Source: an uncultured Gemmatimonadales bacterium (GTDB lineage: Bacteria > Gemmatimonadota > Gemmatimonadetes > Longimicrobiales > RSA9). From it: a DNA stretch of 64,000 bases. The DNA lies in NCBI GenBank assembly GCA_963798845.1, contig CAWCUS010000004.1:128001-192000 (forward strand), written 5' to 3'. Position 1 is the first letter of the stretch. Each line of letters begins with the position of its first letter. A program made the position numbers and the translations under genes. This document shows, piece by piece, positions 63,308 through 64,000 of the stretch. Below the pieces are notes generated by a model. It saw only the letters and a program-made list of their open reading frames with translations. It was not told the origin of the DNA and did not search any database.

Positions 63308-64000
63308 GTGGGCCCGCGGAGCGCCTCGCCACCGCCCTGGCGGACCGCTACCGCCTCGAGCGCGAGCTCGGCGCGGGCGGCATGGCCACCGTGTACCTCG
63401 CCGAGGACCTGAAGCACCAGCGGCAGGTGGCCATCAAGGTGCTCAAGCCGGAGCTGGCCGCGGTGCTCGGCGCCGAGCGCTTCGTCCAGGAGATCACCAC
63501 CACCGCCCAGCTCCAGCACCCCCACATCCTGCCGCTCTTCGACTCCGGCACCGCCGACGGCTTCCTGTTCTACGTCATGCCGTACGTGGAGGGGGAGACG
63601 CTGCGGGACAAGCTCAACCGGGAGACGCAGCTGGGCGTGGGCGAGGCGGTCCGGATCGCCCGGGAAGTGGCCGACGCGCTGGACTACGCGCACCGCCACG
63701 GCGTGATCCACCGGGACATCAAGCCGGAGAACATCCTGCTGCACGACGGGCGGCCAATGGTGGCGGACTTCGGGATCGCGCTGGCGGTCTCCGCGGCGGC
63801 GGGCGGGCGCATGACCGAGACGGGGCTCAGCCTCGGCACGCCGCACTACATGAGCCCGGAGCAGGCGACGGCGGAGAAGGAACTCACCGGCCGGTCCGAC
63901 GTCTACTCGCTGGCGAGCGTGCTTTACGAGATGCTCACCGGCGACCCGCCGCACACGGGGTCCTCCGCGCAGCAGATCATCGTGAAGATCATCGCGGACG
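63304..64000 (+). CDS. Ser/Thr kinase, copy 4, 3' truncated by window edge
   Basis: GTGA overlap; LADRYRLERELGAGGMATVYLA...HRDIKPEN...DFG...MSPEQ; frame open to the end. Confidence 0.92.
   Translation, partial: MSGPAERLATALADRYRLERELGAGGMATVYLAEDLKHQRQVAIKVLKPELAAVLGAERFVQEITTTAQLQHPHILPLFDSGTADGFLFYVMPYVEGETLRDKLNRETQLGVGEAVRIAREVADALDYAHRHGVIHRDIKPENILLHDGRPMVADFGIALAVSAAAGGRMTETGLSLGTPHYMSPEQATAEKELTGRSDVYSLASVLYEMLTGDPPHTGSSAQQIIVKIIAD

Noticed and set aside
55278..64000. Diversity-generating retroelement or shufflon behind propeller variation
   Set aside because: No reverse transcriptase, recombinase, or template/variable repeat pair in the window

Overview
Very GC-rich bacterial chromosomal segment. 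Gene content, including the kinase/PD40 arrays and the pan-HD-LytR and aspS-phoH-HDIG-ybeY order, suggests Gemmatimonadota (inference). Contents in order: end of the trp operon (trpF, trpB, trpA) interrupted by a HEAT-repeat + HD-GYP pair; rqcH/NFACT; panBCD with a YqeK-like HD protein and a LytR-C protein; a patch of decayed accessory genes; an SDR-ankyrin fusion; a fluoride riboswitch controlling crcB-DUF190; rlmN; PTS IIA-vanZ-aspS-phoH-HDIG-ybeY-DUF502-mgtE-ubiB; a ~250 bp (CCCN)n tract; a B12 acyl-CoA mutase cluster (meaB, isobutyryl-CoA-mutase-type large subunit, small subunit, carboxyltransferase, AtuA-like pair, enoyl-CoA hydratase, nhaA); a DUF2249/DUF59 operon behind a palindromic operator; an uncharacterised cluster with sigma54-type promoters (circularly permuted GH-A hydrolase, PRTase/kinase-like fusion, APH kinase, HAD, two histidine phosphatases); and a tandem array of at least four receptor-like Ser/Thr kinases with near-identical kinase domains and divergent beta-propellers. 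Three single-base frameshifts are probably sequencing errors. No rRNA, tRNA, CRISPR array or transposase was recognised. All family calls come from motif recognition by eye, not database searches.
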